A stretch of DNA of 63,886 nt from Antechinus flavipes (taxonomy: Eukaryota): contig NC_067401.1 of assembly GCF_016432865.1 (NCBI RefSeq), positions 11,098,001 to 11,161,886 on the forward strand, in the 5' to 3' direction. Positions 1 to 21,449 of this stretch are shown piece after piece. Within the stretch, counting starts at the first letter, position 1; each line of letters opens with the position of its first letter. Under the pieces are notes generated by a model. The model ran no database searches. It was given only the letters and a program-made list of their open reading frames with translations, and was not told the origin of the DNA. The translations under genes were made by a program, and so were the position numbers.

Positions 1-2709
1 GGGTTCAAGATCCATTTAAGATTCCTACTAGTTAGCAAGCGTTTTCTCCCATTCTTTGCCTCATCCATAAAATGGGGACAGTGGTATCCATGATTCACAA
101 GCGTTTCTAGGTGCTACTAGACAGGTACGGTGCCGGGGCCTGTAAATACCCAGACCCCTCATAAACCCTGCCCCGCTAACAAAATCTTCCTGCCGGACTA
201 GCTCCGTTCTTTAGCTTCCTCATCTGTAAAGTGGGGATAAGGCACTCCCCAGCTCCCGGAGCCTTTGAGAGAATAAAACGATTGGAAAAGAGCTTTCTAA
301 GGCCAGTATTATTCTCGCTCTCCTCAAACATCCTCACGAATGGGAAGCTGAGCGCTAACCTTCCCAAGCTGGGAATGGCTTTTCGGGCAAAAGTTCAGAT
401 CTTTAAAATTGGGGGCACAGGGGTCCAAGTCCTACCAGCTATGGTGGGGAAGTCTAATGGGCAGGGCCAGGGAGGTGAAGGCTTGGGAGGGGCCGCCTCC
501 TATCCCTTTGTAGTTAAGCCTCATGGGCAGAGTTGGGGGTGGTGGTGAAGGCACGGGTGGGGCCGACCATTCGCTGAATACTCGGCTGTGATTAGATGAT
601 AATGACCACTTAGTCAGTCTCTTCTAAGGGCGAGAAGCTTGGGAGGAGGAGCGCAGACTCGCCCTTCCTCTGCATCAGGATGCAATGGGTTCTGGGGAAG
701 CTCCTTAGAAGCCAAGATCGGTCCCTTTTCGCTTTTCATCCTCAGTTTCCCACTTAGAGGAGGGCCCGGAGCTGCGACTGCCCGGGACCAGGGAACTCCT
801 TGCTTGTGAAACTCCCACAGTTCCGGCCCTTGCAGCCGGACCAGCTGAGACATATGAGATGGGCAGCCCTGGCTCTTTGGCTCCAAGCGTCCTAGTGCCT
901 CTTGGGGGCTGGAACTTTGTCAATGATCCATTGGAGTTGTAGCTCTGAGCACAACCAAGAGCCAGCTGCCTCCGTGCTGGCCCCTCCCCTCCTAGGTCCT
1001 CGCTGGGTGGCATGGACTCTCCCTCATTTGATTCCTGGTCTCAGAGTATGGGAATCACAGGTCTTGTGTTCGAGTGTCCTCCTGGATGTGGGTTTGGCCC
1101 CAAATAATGTGGTTTGAGGGCCCCAGATGACGGTAGACCCCAAAAGTTGGGGTTCAGACACATGAAACTTTCCCAATGGCCATTCTCTTTGGTGAAAGGT
1201 AGATTTATTTAGGAAAAGGTTATAGACAAAATGAAGGGGGAGCAGATGAAAGCCGGGTTCCTCAAACTCCCAGTTACCAGTAGAGAGGGAGCCCCCATGA
1301 GGTTGGGGCATGGCCTGGCCCTGAAAGGTCAGGTAGCTGTAAGGGGGAGAAGTGGGGCCGGGAAGCAGAGTGGGATTAGGGCAGGGGGAGGGAAGGAGAG
1401 AGACCCCAGGAGGCAGAGTGCCCAGACGGGCTGACCCAAAGGAGAGCAGCGGCCATGGGACGGCCCCTAAGTAGACTTTCTAGGGGAAATTGAATGCAGG
1501 GACATGACCGGGATTTCTGACGGGGCACGGCAAGGGGAGGCCGTCTCGGGTTTGATGTAACTTGGATTTCAGATTGGGCGACCTCCCCAGGGGGTGGGAC
1601 CATGGAGCTCCACTGATCTCCACCAGAGCCTTCTCCCTGCCCGTCTCAGGGACCAACTTCCCCGCCAACCGAGGAGACCTCCCCGCTCCTCCGCCTCCAT
1701 TCCCACTTCTGCCCTCAGCCACCTTCTTCCCCTGGCTGTTTTTGATTTATTTTGGAGGCAATCTGTCTAGGATCACATGGCTGAGTGTCTGAGGCTGAAT
1801 TTGAACTCGGGGCCCCCTGACTCCAGGCCTGGCCTCTCTTCCTGTTTCCTCACACAAAAAATGAAGGCAAGGAACCAGATGACCTCCTTAAGTTTCATTT
1901 CAGCTCCCAATCTGGGCTAGAACCCGGCTTTTTCCTGAGAACACTAAAACCTCTTGCCGCCTCTCCAGGGCTGGCTGTTCGGGGAGTTCTCCCTGAGTCT
2001 GGGGTCCGGGAGGAGCTGACCGACTCCCTGAGGAGGCCGCTGGGTGGTGCCATAGTGCACAGAGCACAGGGCCTGGAGTCAGGGAGACCTCAGAGACTTG
2101 ATCTGTGACTCAGTCTGTTCACCTGTAAAATGGGGACAATAATACCCACCTCTGGGGATTGTTGTGAGGCTCAAATGAGATATTCACAAAAAGCTTGGCT
2201 CAGGGTCCCCCCCACAGTAGGCACTCTATAAATGCTTATTCTCCCCCTCCTCGCTCTGCTGTGAACTTCAGACCTGCCCTCACTCCCGATCACTCAGCAG
2301 CCGCCAGTGATGGCCCAGAGCATGGACATCCTACAAAGGCTTAATTCCCATAGATTTGTCCCATGGACTGGAATTCCCCTCCCAGCTCTGACCTGGTGCT
2401 GGTCTCACCCTGGGGGAAGGGACCGGGACTGGGCTGGGTCTCAGGAGCAGGACAGTTCTCTAACTGAGGCCCCAGGGAGACCCAGAGACTTGCCTGAACC
2501 AGAGTAAATGGAAGAGGCAGGTTTTCAGGTCAGGCTGCCCCCCTGCCCACCCGGGGCCGCTTTGCTTTGGGCCCCACTGGGGAAATCAAGGCTGAGCCGT
2601 TAAGAATCTGAAGGAAAAGGACCTTTTGGGGAAGGTTCTTCACTGGGAGGAGTCAAGAGCAGAGAAGGTGGGCAGAGGGAGGCATTTGCATCTTTGTCCT
2701 GACCCGCAG

Positions 2710-2886
2710 GTCTGGTGCTCGGTGCGGACCCCCGAGAGCTCACACGAGGGCCTGGTGACAGACCCCCACAGCCCCGCCCGCTTCCGAGTGCTGGGGACGC
2801 TCTCCAACTCCCGGGATTTCCTTCGACACTTCGACTGCCCCGTCGGCTCTCCCATGAATCCCGGGCAACTCTGTGAGGTGTGGTAG
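2710..2886 (+). CDS. ECE2: Endothelin-converting enzyme 2 (M13 metallopeptidase), terminal coding exon only
   Basis: Acceptor cccgcag|GTC at 2709/2710. Translation [58 protein letters not shown] matches the ECE2 C-terminus (ends CEVW). Synteny with PSMD2. I saw no further ECE2 exon in 1-2709. Confidence 0.95.
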   Translation, partial: VWCSVRTPESSHEGLVTDPHSPARFRVLGTLSNSRDFLRHFDCPVGSPMNPGQLCEVW

Positions 2887-3811
2887 GGCCAGGAGCGGGC
2901 AGTGCCCTCGGAAAGCTCCCCCACACCCCCCCCCTGCCAGTCCCTCTCCCCTTCCCAGGGGCCCTGGGCCTCTCTGCCAGGGAGCCAGACGCCAGGTGTC
3001 CCCTCCCCGGAGATCAGGAAGCCGCGAAAGCCGAGTGAGACCCAACCCTCGCTTCCCTCTGCTGGCTGGGCCGTCTCTGGAGCCCCCAGTCCTGACCCAT
3101 TTTCCTCAACCACCACGATGTGCCGCTGGTTGGAGGTGGCCGGGCCCCTCCGTCCTTCACTGTGACAGCCCCTCTTCCTGCGCAGGCTGGCCGGCCGTCC
3201 TGGGGTGGGAGCTTGCAAAGGCTTGGGGTTGAGGGGATCTCTCTGACCAGGATCCAAGTTCCTTCCCTCCTGCATTAACCCACTGAAGGGCCCTGCCCGG
3301 AGGCCCGAGGGGTCAGCTGGCAGTGGGGCCCTGGCCCAGACCAGAGCTGCTCGGGAGCTACGACACTGTGAACTCTCTGAGGTTTGAAGGGACGCGGAAG
3401 AGTAGGCCCCGGGCCCTGCGGCATCCCTGAAGAACTCATTGCCCCTCCTCAGGACCCCCGACCTGGCGGGGTCTCCATGGAGTCCCTGCCTCAGGTCCTT
3501 AGCTCCCACCCAGACTCCCCCTCTCCCCTGTCCCCAGCTTTGGGAGACGGCCCTCGTGCGGCGACTCCCAGACGCTGCCGTCCCCCTCCCCGGGCCAGCT
3601 TTGAGGCGGAGCCTTTGCAGGCCGCATCCCGATTCAAGCTGCAGAGGAAGGGACTGGGGGAACGGGGACAACCACAGTGTCTTACGGCCCCGGGCTTGGG
3701 GTGTCCTCCAGAAATCGGGGGGATGAAGCAGGAGGGGTGGGGGTGGGGCAGAGTTTATTTTTACACGAACGCTGGGAGGGGAAGAAGGTGGTCCTCCAGT
3801 GACCCTGTGCC

Positions 3812-3817
3812 AATAAA
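3812..3817 (+). terminator. ECE2: ECE2 poly(A) signal AATAAA (3' UTR about 2887-3835)
   Basis: First AATAAA I found after the stop codon (gtgccAATAAAcag). Confidence 0.75.
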
Positions 3818-4915
3818 CAGTTGTAACTCAGCCCCGCTTCCTTCTTTGTCGCTGCCTTCGGCCCAAGCTGCTCCGCTTCCCGGCAGCCTTTCCAACAAAC
3901 GTTTACCAGCTCCTGCTGGAGACCAGGCCCTGCTCTGGGTAAGGCCCACGGGCTGGCACTGAAAGTCCTCCCCATGACCCAGTCCTCCCACTGCAGAGGT
4001 GGTCCTGCCCCCAGATGGGCCCCTTCCTCACTCCCCCAAAAAGCCCTTCTCTTCCCTCTGCACCTCTCCCTCTGTCCTGTAACCCCAAATCCTGTGCTAG
4101 GATTTCACCATCCCCTCCACTCTCTCCTGGTCTCATCCCCTCACTGGCTACACTCTCCTTCCTCCATCATCAACCCTTGGGCTACACCGTCCCCTAATCC
4201 TATCTCTGTAAAGCCTCTCAGGCCTTTTAAAAACTTCTCTTCATATCAGATTGCTTGTCAGCCTTGGGGAGGGGAAAAGGGAGGGAGAACTCAGAATCTT
4301 ACAAAAGTAAGTGTTAAAAACTATCTTTACCTGTAATTAGAAAAAGAAAATAAAATACTATTAGGGGCGGGGGAGGTAAAATTCTTCTTTAACCTTTAGT
4401 TAACCTTGGGATTAACGGGATCTCTCTGCAACAGGAGCTAAGTTCCTTCCCTCCCACAGTATCCCACTGAAGGGACCTTGCCCTGGAGGCCTGAGTCACC
4501 AGCTGGCAGTGGGCTACTGATTTTCTGGCCCAGACCAGGAGCATAGAAGAGTTTTGTGCTGACTGGCTCTCTCCCTCTTCTTCCTCTCTCAACTGAGAAC
4601 CTTTTTCAGTAAATCTTTCTTGATGTATTTTGGTGAGCTGTTTCTTTTCTTTTTTTTTTTTTTTTTTGTTAACTCCCATATTTTTCTCCAGCATCCCTCC
4701 CCCTCCCAGGGAACCATCCCATGTATAAATAGTGCTTTAAAAATTTAAAATTTACTAGCATATTCTCTTTTCAAGGACACGTAAAGATGGTTTTCAACTT
4801 TCATTCTTGTAAAATTTTGAGTTCCAATTTTTTTTCCTCCCTGTCCCTTATCTCCTCCCTCCCCATGCTAGGAAGCAATCTGATATATGTTATACATGTA
4901 TATTCATTTTAAACA

Positions 4916-5580
4916 TGTTGTTTTTGTGATTCCTTCTGGAAGAGGATCAAAATGATATCGCTACGGTAAGCCGAGTTGCGGCGTATCTAACTGTGGTTGA
5001 TCAGACCAAACGAGCTCCGAATGCTCTGCCACAGCTTGGATGCAGAGAGCCCCTATGAATTTTTTTAGGGCTTCTCTAATTTTGCGCATCTCACCTTTCT
5101 TTTGGGCTAATTAAATTCTGCTTTCCTCATAGAGCACAGTACCTTCTCTGACGAAGACATACCATGCTGAGCAGTCCTGTGCCAGTGGCTCTCATGTCAT
5201 ATAATCAATTCTAAAGGGTTTTTGTTTTGTTTTGTTTTGTTTTGCTGAGGCAATTGGGGTTCAGTGTCTTACCCAGGGTCACAAAGCCAGGAAGTGTTAA
5301 GTATCTGAGGCCAGATTTGAACTCAGGTCCTCCTGACTTCAGGGCCGGTGCTTGATTCTAAAGTTCTTAAGAGAGATGATGTCCTTGTATCACTTTTTCT
5401 GACCACCTTCTGAATGTTTGCCCTGTGTGAGTTCTTCAATTTAGCAAGTGTACATTTGGCTTTCAAACAGTGTGACCAGTGGAGCTGTGCTCTCTGCAGT
5501 AGAGTTCGAATGCTCAACAGCTTATTCCAAGAAAGGATCTCAGTATCTTATCCTACCAGGTGATCTTCAGAATCTTCCTG
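4916..5580 (-). mobile_element. RTE-clade LINE 3' fragment
   Basis: Resembles marsupial RTE 3' ends (gaagaggatcaaaatgatatc ... ctgtggttgatcagaccaa ... ggtgatcttcagaatcttcct). Flanked by direct repeat CATGTATATTCATTTT at 4895-4910 and 5581-5596. Confidence 0.75.
5217..5354 (-). mobile_element. WSINE1/Mar1-like CORE-SINE, tRNA-head end truncated
   Basis: gaggcaattggggtt...cagggtcaca...tctgaggccagatttgaactcaggtcctcctgacttcagggccggtgc with a (TTTTG)n tail. TSD ATTCTAAAG at 5208-5216 and 5355-5363. Confidence 0.85.
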
Positions 5581-6329
5581 CATGTATATTCATTTTTTAA
5601 CATTAAAGCATGGAGGAAAAGAAAAATCAGAATATAAGTAGAAAATTACACCAAAGGAAAAAATGAAAAAAAAAAAAAAGGTGAAAAGAGTATGCTTCCA
5701 TCCATATTCAGTCTCCATAACTCGCTCTCTCTTGATGTGGATGGCATTCTTCAGGCAAAGTTTATTGGAGCTGCTTTGGATCACAGAATAGCTGAGAAGA
5801 GCTAAGTCTATCATAGCTGATCAGCACATAATCTTGCTGTTGTTGTGTACGATGATCTTCTGGTTCTGCTCACTTCCCTCAGCATCAGTTCCTGTGAGTC
5901 TCTCCAGGCCTTTCGGAAATCAGCCTGCTGCTCATTTCTTATAGAACAACAGTATTTCTTCACATTCATGGCTTACTCAGCCATTCCCCAACTGTGAGCA
6001 TCTAACTCATTTTCCAATTCTTACAAATAGCATTTTTAAAGGAAAAAAAGAAAAAGAGGAGGAAAAAAAATCGGCAAAACGTACAATGTGCAACTCTTGT
6101 GATAGGTTGGGGATTCCTTTCATGTTTCTTCATTATATGCTTGTTCCTTATAATTTCGTTATATTCACTTTTGATTTTGTGTGTATGTGACTTTTTTCCT
6201 CCCATTAACATTGTGTACTTGCTATTGTTTTCCTGGCTCTGCTGCTCTCATTTTGTATCAGTTTATGTAGCTCCTTTCAGGCTTCTCTGTAATCATCCCA
6301 CTCACCATTTCCCACAGCACAGGAATATT

Positions 6330-7870
6330 CGTACATAATCTTATTCCCTCGTGTCTACAAGCGCACTCACACCTCCCTGCTTCTCCAAAAGCCCTCCTTT
6401 GCGGCATCTCTCTCTGGCCTATTGTCCTCCATGTCTCCTCTCTTTTGTGGCTCAACTCCTTGAGAAGGCTATCCACAACAGATGCCCTGCTCTCGCTCTT
6501 GTTCCTATGGCTTCTGACCGTTATTATCACTCAACTGAAACTGTCCTTTCAAAGTTATCAGTGACCTCTTCGTTGCCAAATCCAATGGCCTTTTCTCAAT
6601 CCTGGTCCTCCTTGACCTCGATGCCGCCTTTCAGACTATTGATCACTCTGCCTCAAGCCTCTCCTCACTCCTGTTCATTTTCCTCTCAGCAGTCAAAGTG
6701 ATGTCTTTAACTTCAGGTCTGACTATGTCACTTTCCTTCCCCCCATATAAATTACAATGACTTCCTATCATCTCCCAGATCAAACATAGAATCTCTTACA
6801 TTCAAAGTTCATCATACCCCAGGCTCTTCCTGCTTTCCCAAGATTCTTCTTTCTCTCTCTTCCTTTTTTATATTCACCTTCTCCTCCATGTTCCCACATG
6901 GGACATTCTGCTTCCTAGCTTCATTTTTACCTCATGTCTAGAATTCTCTCATTCCTCCTCTCCTCTCCTGAGTTCCTTCAAGTCCTATCTAAAATCCCCA
7001 TTTCTAAAAGAAGCCTTTCTCAATCCCTACTCAATGGTATTAAATCCAAATTATCTTGTTTATCGTTTAGTTGTACAAAGTTATTGTTGTTCTGTCTTCC
7101 TTTATTAGACTGAGCTGCTAGACATCAGAGCATTTTTGCTTTCTCTGTAACCCTAGTGTTTAGCATTGGGCCTCACGCACAGTAGGTGATTTATAGATGT
7201 TTGTTGACTGATCAATAAAGCCTGCTTCCACCTCTGGATCTTTGCCTGGACTTTCCTCTCTGCCTGAAATGCCCTTTCTCTTCATTTCCATCTCCTTCTC
7301 TGAAAGTTCTACAACTCAAATGACAGGCTTTTCCTGCTTCCCTCAGGAACTTGGGACTCCCTCCCCCAATTATCTTATGTGGATTTATCTGGGGGAAGGT
7401 TCTAAACACTACTAAGTCCCTTGAGAGAAAGAAGGGTTCTATTTTTGTGGTAATCAGCACTCTCCTCACTCAGAGCCCTGATTTGTTCTGGACCCAGTCT
7501 GACATTCAAGAGGGGTTTCAGACTTTTCTCTGCATTTCTATTACCCCATCCCGAAGGACTAAATTTAAAAAAAAATCTCTTATATTGGTCTTTTATAGGG
7601 ACTTCTCTAAAAATAACCCCAGTTCTAATATCATCAGACTCCCTGGGTTTAATTATCTCTATGCAGATGACTCCCAAATCTATGTAAATCGTCCTGACCT
7701 CTTTCTGGAACTCTCCTCCATCACCAGTTGTTTATTAGAAATTTTGAACCAGATTGCCACAAACATTTCAGATTCATTCCCAGTCTCCCAACTCCCACCT
7801 TTACCGCTCCTCTGAACTTTGCTAAGACAATCCTGGACCACTCCCAGCCTGAGCCAGGGTCCCCTGTTTA
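6330..7870 (+). mobile_element. Decayed L2 LINE fragments
   Basis: L2 ORF2-like remnants (ctcaactgaaactgtc...gccaaatccaatggccttttctc at about 6530-6600; tatgcagatgactcccaaatctat = YADDSQIY RT motif at about 7661-7684). Confidence 0.7.
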
Positions 7871-8989
7871 TAACCACAGAGATGCTTCTGCTCCTCACTT
7901 TTACTATGTAACCAATCAGTATCTTGTTTTTGATGTTTACAAAAGGCCTCTCAGAGGCACTGTTACTGTGTAACTCTGTAACACCGGAGTGATCTCCTTT
8001 CTCTTGGACTGCTGTGACTGCCGGGGAGGTGATCCCCTCTTCAAGCCTCTCCTTGCTTCACCAAATGAATGGGTATTTGTAAAGAACATAGGGCGATGCC
8101 CAGTACACAGCAAGCACTCAATAAGTGCTTCTTTTCCCTTTCTACCCTTCCTATAGTTGCTGCAGTGATTTTCCTCAAGCACAAGGCTCATCACATCATC
8201 CTTTTATCCAATAAGCTGCATTGATTTCCAGTGCTTTTAGGCTCTGCTGTAAATCTGTTTATCATTTCAAACTTCTCACAACTTGATCCATCCCCCCCAC
8301 CCCCAGACTTCCCACATCCCACTTCCTTTCAGGAACTCTATAATCCAATCCCATTCTCTCATTTGCCTTTGCAGCTCCCATTTTTCTCTTTTCCACGGGC
8401 TCTCCCAAATGCCAGGACCTGTCTCCTTCCTCACCTTCCCTTCCAAGGTTAACATCCCATCCGTGTAGAGGCTCTTTCCCATTAGACCGTAGATCCCTTC
8501 AGGAAAGGGACTGTTCAACAAAGGGCCCAGGATGTGCTTGATAAATGCTCATTGATTGGCTGAGCCAATGATGCTGCATAAAAATACTCTGAGACTTAGT
8601 TTGGCTGATTTGACATGTGATACCTTGGAATTCCAGGTCAAATGATTCCTTTCACTGATCATTGGACAACGATCCCCTACATTTATAGGGTGTGCGATTG
8701 TGAGGTCAGTTTCAGGGAATTGCTTCCTCCCATTTTAGAGATGAGAGAAGGGAGTTTCAGCGTGCACGTGACTGGCCCACAGTCACCCAGGCAGGATGTC
8801 ACAAGTGGAGGAGGATTTCCAGATCCAGCCAAGTACGTCCCATTTAGGACGCGCAGTGCCAGGTGCGGGCGGCTGGGAGGACGTCTCTATAGCCACCCAT
8901 ACAAGCCTGCATCAAGAACTCGGCCCTCATGTGCTGGGGAGGAAAGGGAGACCCTCCCTGCCTTCAAGGATTCATATAATTTTTTAAGT

Positions 8990-9310
8990 TTTTATTTTCC
9001 AAAACATAAGCACGGACAATTCCGCTTCGGCCCCAGCAAAATCCTGTGTTCCAATTCCCCGCTTTCCCCACGCCCTCCCCGGATGGCAAGTGGTCCAGTA
9101 CATGTTAAACCCGTTAAATCCAATATATGTACGCACTTTGTGCAATTATCGGCTGCGCAAGAAACAAAGCAGAATAAAATACAAGCAAACAACGGAGAGA
9201 GGGAGGGAGACTGCCGTGGTGTGGTCCACACGTCCGAGTCCTCCCTGAGGGCAGGGGGCTCCCTTCCTCACTGAACAACTGGAACTGGCCTGAATGACCT
9301 CATTGTTGCG
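8990..9310 (-). mobile_element. L1 3'-end fragment (dasyurid-like, by recollection) with many CpGs
   Basis: gttaaatccaatatatgta...caattatc..ctgc.caagaaa...aaaatacaagcaaacaac resembles an Australian marsupial L1 tail. The family call is from memory. Confidence 0.55.
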
Positions 9311-10059
9311 GCCCCAGAACTGACCCTCGCAAATCTTGTCGCGGTGATCAAGGAGATTCTATTCTCCCGGGAAGATAAAGCGTTTCCTTATACGTAGCCG
9401 CAGGCTATGAATGATTTGGAGACAAAAGTAAAAAAACCAGGCTGCGTCCGCCTTTCCGGAGGGGACTCGGACAGGAGGGCGGGGCAGTGCTTCGGGGCGG
9501 GAGGCTTTTCGCCTCCGGGTGCCTCGGTTTCCCCATCTGCACAAGGAGACCCTCCCTCAGGAGGCTGGGACCACCAGAGGCCCCGCCGCTTGCCGAGCGC
9601 TCTCGCGATGCTTGGCAGCGGTGGGAAATCTTTCCCGTTCCCTTTTCTCCGGGTCCCTGAGGCGCTCCCCTTCCGGAGTAAGCTCTAGGAGGGCAGGGCC
9701 GGCTCGGTCTCGGACTCGGTCCCCCGTTTAAGCAGAGCGTCTAGCACGCGGTAGCCATTTAACAACAGCCGGTTTCATGAATGAATGAATGAATGAATGC
9801 ATGAATGAATGTATGCATGCATTCCAGGCCGTCCCGGTGGCTTCCGCATGCGCAGCAAGATGACTAGGGCAAGAACTCCAGCCGGCCCATTCGCATTGCG
9901 ACCCGTGGATTCAGCGTGGGTCGGCGCGCTGTCTTATGGGACTTGTAGTCTAACCGTGCGTGGTGTGCGTGGTGTGCGTGCGTGCCGACGAGGCGGCGTG
10001 GGCGCGTGCGCGGGCATGCGCAGCGGGCAGGGGGCGGCAGGAGCGGAGCGGAGCGCGCC

Positions 10060-18525
<8,466 letters not shown>

Positions 18526-18641
18526 GTGGCCCTGGGGGCCGTCAACTTTGAGTACCCCCTGTCCTGGGAGCTGCTCTGCAACAGCCCTTTAGGGGAACTG
18601 TTTTCCTCCTTTTTTGTTACGGAATGAGATGACTATGTTGA

Positions 18642-18647
18642 ATTAAA
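18642..18647 (+). terminator. PSMD2: PSMD2 poly(A) signal ATTAAA
   Basis: ATTAAA about 117 nt after the stop codon, followed by a GT-rich tract (gatgtgtttgtgtcttttt). Confidence 0.65.
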
Positions 18648-18769
18648 GATCCTTGTGCCCTATGATGTGTTTGTGTCTTTTTTCCTGGAATGGGCTAATT
18701 GGGAATGAGGGCAGACAGGGCACAGGCTGAAGAGAGGGCACTTCTGGCTCAATGAGTTTTTCATACTTC

Positions 18770-19525
18770 ATAGTAATTTTTTTTCAATTATATAGATTTA
18801 CATTCATAGACATACAAAAATATATTCACATATAATATACATTGTGACTACATACAATTGCATAGAAACAATACCAAGTTAGATAAATTTTTCTCCTTCC
18901 CTCTCCTCTCCAAGACAGCAAGTGTGATAGATTACATGTGCAATCATGTTAAGTAAAGTTCTACATTAGTCCTGTCATGGAAGAATTTGGAACAAAAGGG
19001 AAAACCTGGAGAAAGAAAAGGTGAAAAGAGTCTGCTTTGACCTACTTTCAGATTCCATAGTTCTTTGGGTGTAGATGATGGCATTTTCCAAAATGAGGCT
19101 TTTGGAATTATCTTGGATTTGTTGATCATAGCTCAAAGTTGCTGTTACTGTGTACAAGGTTCTGGTTCCGCGTCCATCATAATTCTGGTTCTGTGTCCAT
19201 CATAGTTGATCGCGGCCCAAAGTTGCTGTTAATATACAAGGTTCTGGTTCCGCTTCCATCATAGTTGATCACGGCCCAAAGTTGCTGTTACTATACAAGG
19301 TTCTGGTTCTGCTTCCATCATAGTGATCACGGCCCAAAGTTGCTGTTATTATATACAAGATTCTGGTTCTGTGCGCAAGGTTCTGGTTCTGCGTCCATCA
19401 TAGTTGATCACGGCCCAAAGTTGCTGTTACTGTGTACGAGGTTCTGGTTCCGCTTCCATCGTGTTGATCACGGCCCAAAGTTGCTGTTACTGTGCACAAG
19501 GTTCTGGTTCCGCTCACTTCACGCT
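18770..19525 (-). mobile_element. L1 3'-end fragment ending in a tandem array (about 59-61 bp x 6-7, 19126-19525) of its own sequence
   Basis: Unit ggttctggttccgcttccatcatagttgatcacggcccaaagttgctgttactatacaa recurs at 19155, 19237, 19296, 19356, 19437 and 19497. Confidence 0.8.
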
Positions 19526-21449
19526 TACTGAGATTTCCTACAGTTGAGGTTTTATTCCTTTGGCTCTTCAATCCCTGAGCGTTGTTACTACTTGGCAGGT
19601 GCCGGCAGCCCTGGTCATACACCGAAAAAGGAAGCTGTTCCTACCTATCCCAAAGAACGTGCTCCCAGGAACACAGCGTGTGTAGAAATAAATGCCGAGT
19701 CTGTACACAAGCTGAGGGGGGGGGGGGGGGGGGGAGCAGGAAATGCTTCACTTTCTTGGGTGGAAGTGGAAGCCACGTCCCAACCTTACACAGTCTGGGC
19801 TGAAAGGGGTTTAAGGCTTTAAGACCCAGGCTGGCTGGCTCTCGCCGCCCACGGAGATGGTGACCCCGGGTCTGTGCCTGGGGTTTTCGGTGAGCCCTCT
19901 GCTCCCCAGCTCTCGGAGGCGCCCCCTGTCAGGATGTCTGTGCAGAGGCTGCTCCTCCCTGATTGCTCTTCACTCGCAGTGAAATTAGAAACTAGATAAC
20001 CAGGTGAGGGAGGAGGGTAAGGAAGCCCCTGGTGCTCGGGAGTCAGGTTTGTGTATGTGCTGTAACGGATGCGTATTGGGCCCACAGGGCTGGACAGAGG
20101 CCTTTTTCTTCCCCATAATTTCACGTTTTAAAAAAGTTCTTGAAAAGTCTCATTGATGCTTTTTGCGGCGACTACTCCCTGTGGTTCCGGTAAGAGATTT
20201 AAGTATGAGCTCAGCAAGATCCATTGCGGGGCAGACTTGTGTGGGGCACAATATGCCACATTTTGCCTCTCCCTGCATCCCCTTCTAGCTTTCTGGTTCC
20301 CAGCCGCTTTGTGGAGATGAAGGGAGGGGAAAATGAAAGCGAATGAGACAAGGTGAACAGCAGGCCCGGGCAGCTGCCTCCTAACTGGGCATCGATGGCC
20401 CCGGAGCCTTAAGCCCCAGTTCAGTCCAACCTTACTCTGCTTGTGCTACTCAGGAAGAAGCCTTTGGGGTTGGTGCCCGGGACAGCCTCATTCGTTGGCC
20501 TTTTCCCCAGAAAGGAGTGCTCCTGCAGCCCTTCCCTGTTGGCTTCCCTGGCGAGTCCCTCTCTGTGACTCCATTTGGGTTTCCTGGGCGGATGCAGCAA
20601 CGGTCTGCGTCTCTAGCTCGCTTTGCAGAGGAATCCCAGGCAGTGACTGCCAGTCAGGGAGCGGCTGAGGCTGGGATGTGAGTTCCGGAAGGGTCTCCCC
20701 GGCCTGGTGCTCCCCCCATTGGGCTAAGCTGCCACAAACCTTGTCTTTTGGGATCATCTTCCCTCTGACTTTTAACATGAAACACATTTTTTGCAAACCT
20801 CCCAATCCCACAAACCTTCAGCAAAGGGCTCGGATGTGAAGGCGGATCTCACCCTTCCCATGTGCAAAGCCCCACAGGGGTGCAGGCCCTGTCCCAAAGG
20901 GGGCGCAGTCAGGGAGGCCGCAGCAGCCCTTTCTGGAAAGGCCTTTCCCGGGGTCAGTGTCGGCAGTGCCCAGCTCTTTAGTGCTGATAAGAAATGAAGC
21001 TCCTGCCCTCAGGGAGCTGACATTCTAAGCCGAGGCAGGAAGGCTGACCCCCCTCTGATATGGAAGACGAAGCCCCGAGGCTCCCGCACTGGCCTCTCCA
21101 GGGGTTAGTCAGGCAGCCTGCGGGCGATTCTGTGTCCCCTCCCCCACCCCCAGGCCCAGGGCCGTGAGACGGAACTTTGGCTCCCGCTGGGGCTGGCCTG
21201 GGGAAGGTGTTTATTAAGCGGCTGTGGACTTTCTGGCCCAGTGGTTTGCCATCTTTGGGGACAAGGAGAGCTTCTGGCAGCTTCTCTCTTCCTTCACTTG
21301 AAAACCTGAGAAATGTTGCCCTGAGCCCTTTGTTCTCCTTCCAGACGCGGCAATCTGTCCAATGTTCCCTGACCTCGTGACCTTGGGGGGAGGGTGATTC
21401 ACAGGGCTCCAGAACCTCCCCCAGGAAGAGGGCCTCCGAGCCCGAACGC

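Larger units (their letters stand above)
4690..6320 (-). mobile_element. L1 3'-end fragment interrupted by an RTE LINE fragment, itself interrupted by a SINE
   Basis: L1-like blocks at about 4690-4915 and 5581-6320 share sequence with other copies in the window (e.g. ttgctgtt(a/g)..tgtgtac..tggttctgctcacttc at about 5830, 19140, 35030, 37060). Family assignment is from memory. Confidence 0.7.

Noticed and set aside
2640-3671. 343-aa minus-strand ORF
   Set aside because: Antisense to the ECE2 last exon and its GC-rich 3' UTR; no recognisable domain; low-complexity composition.
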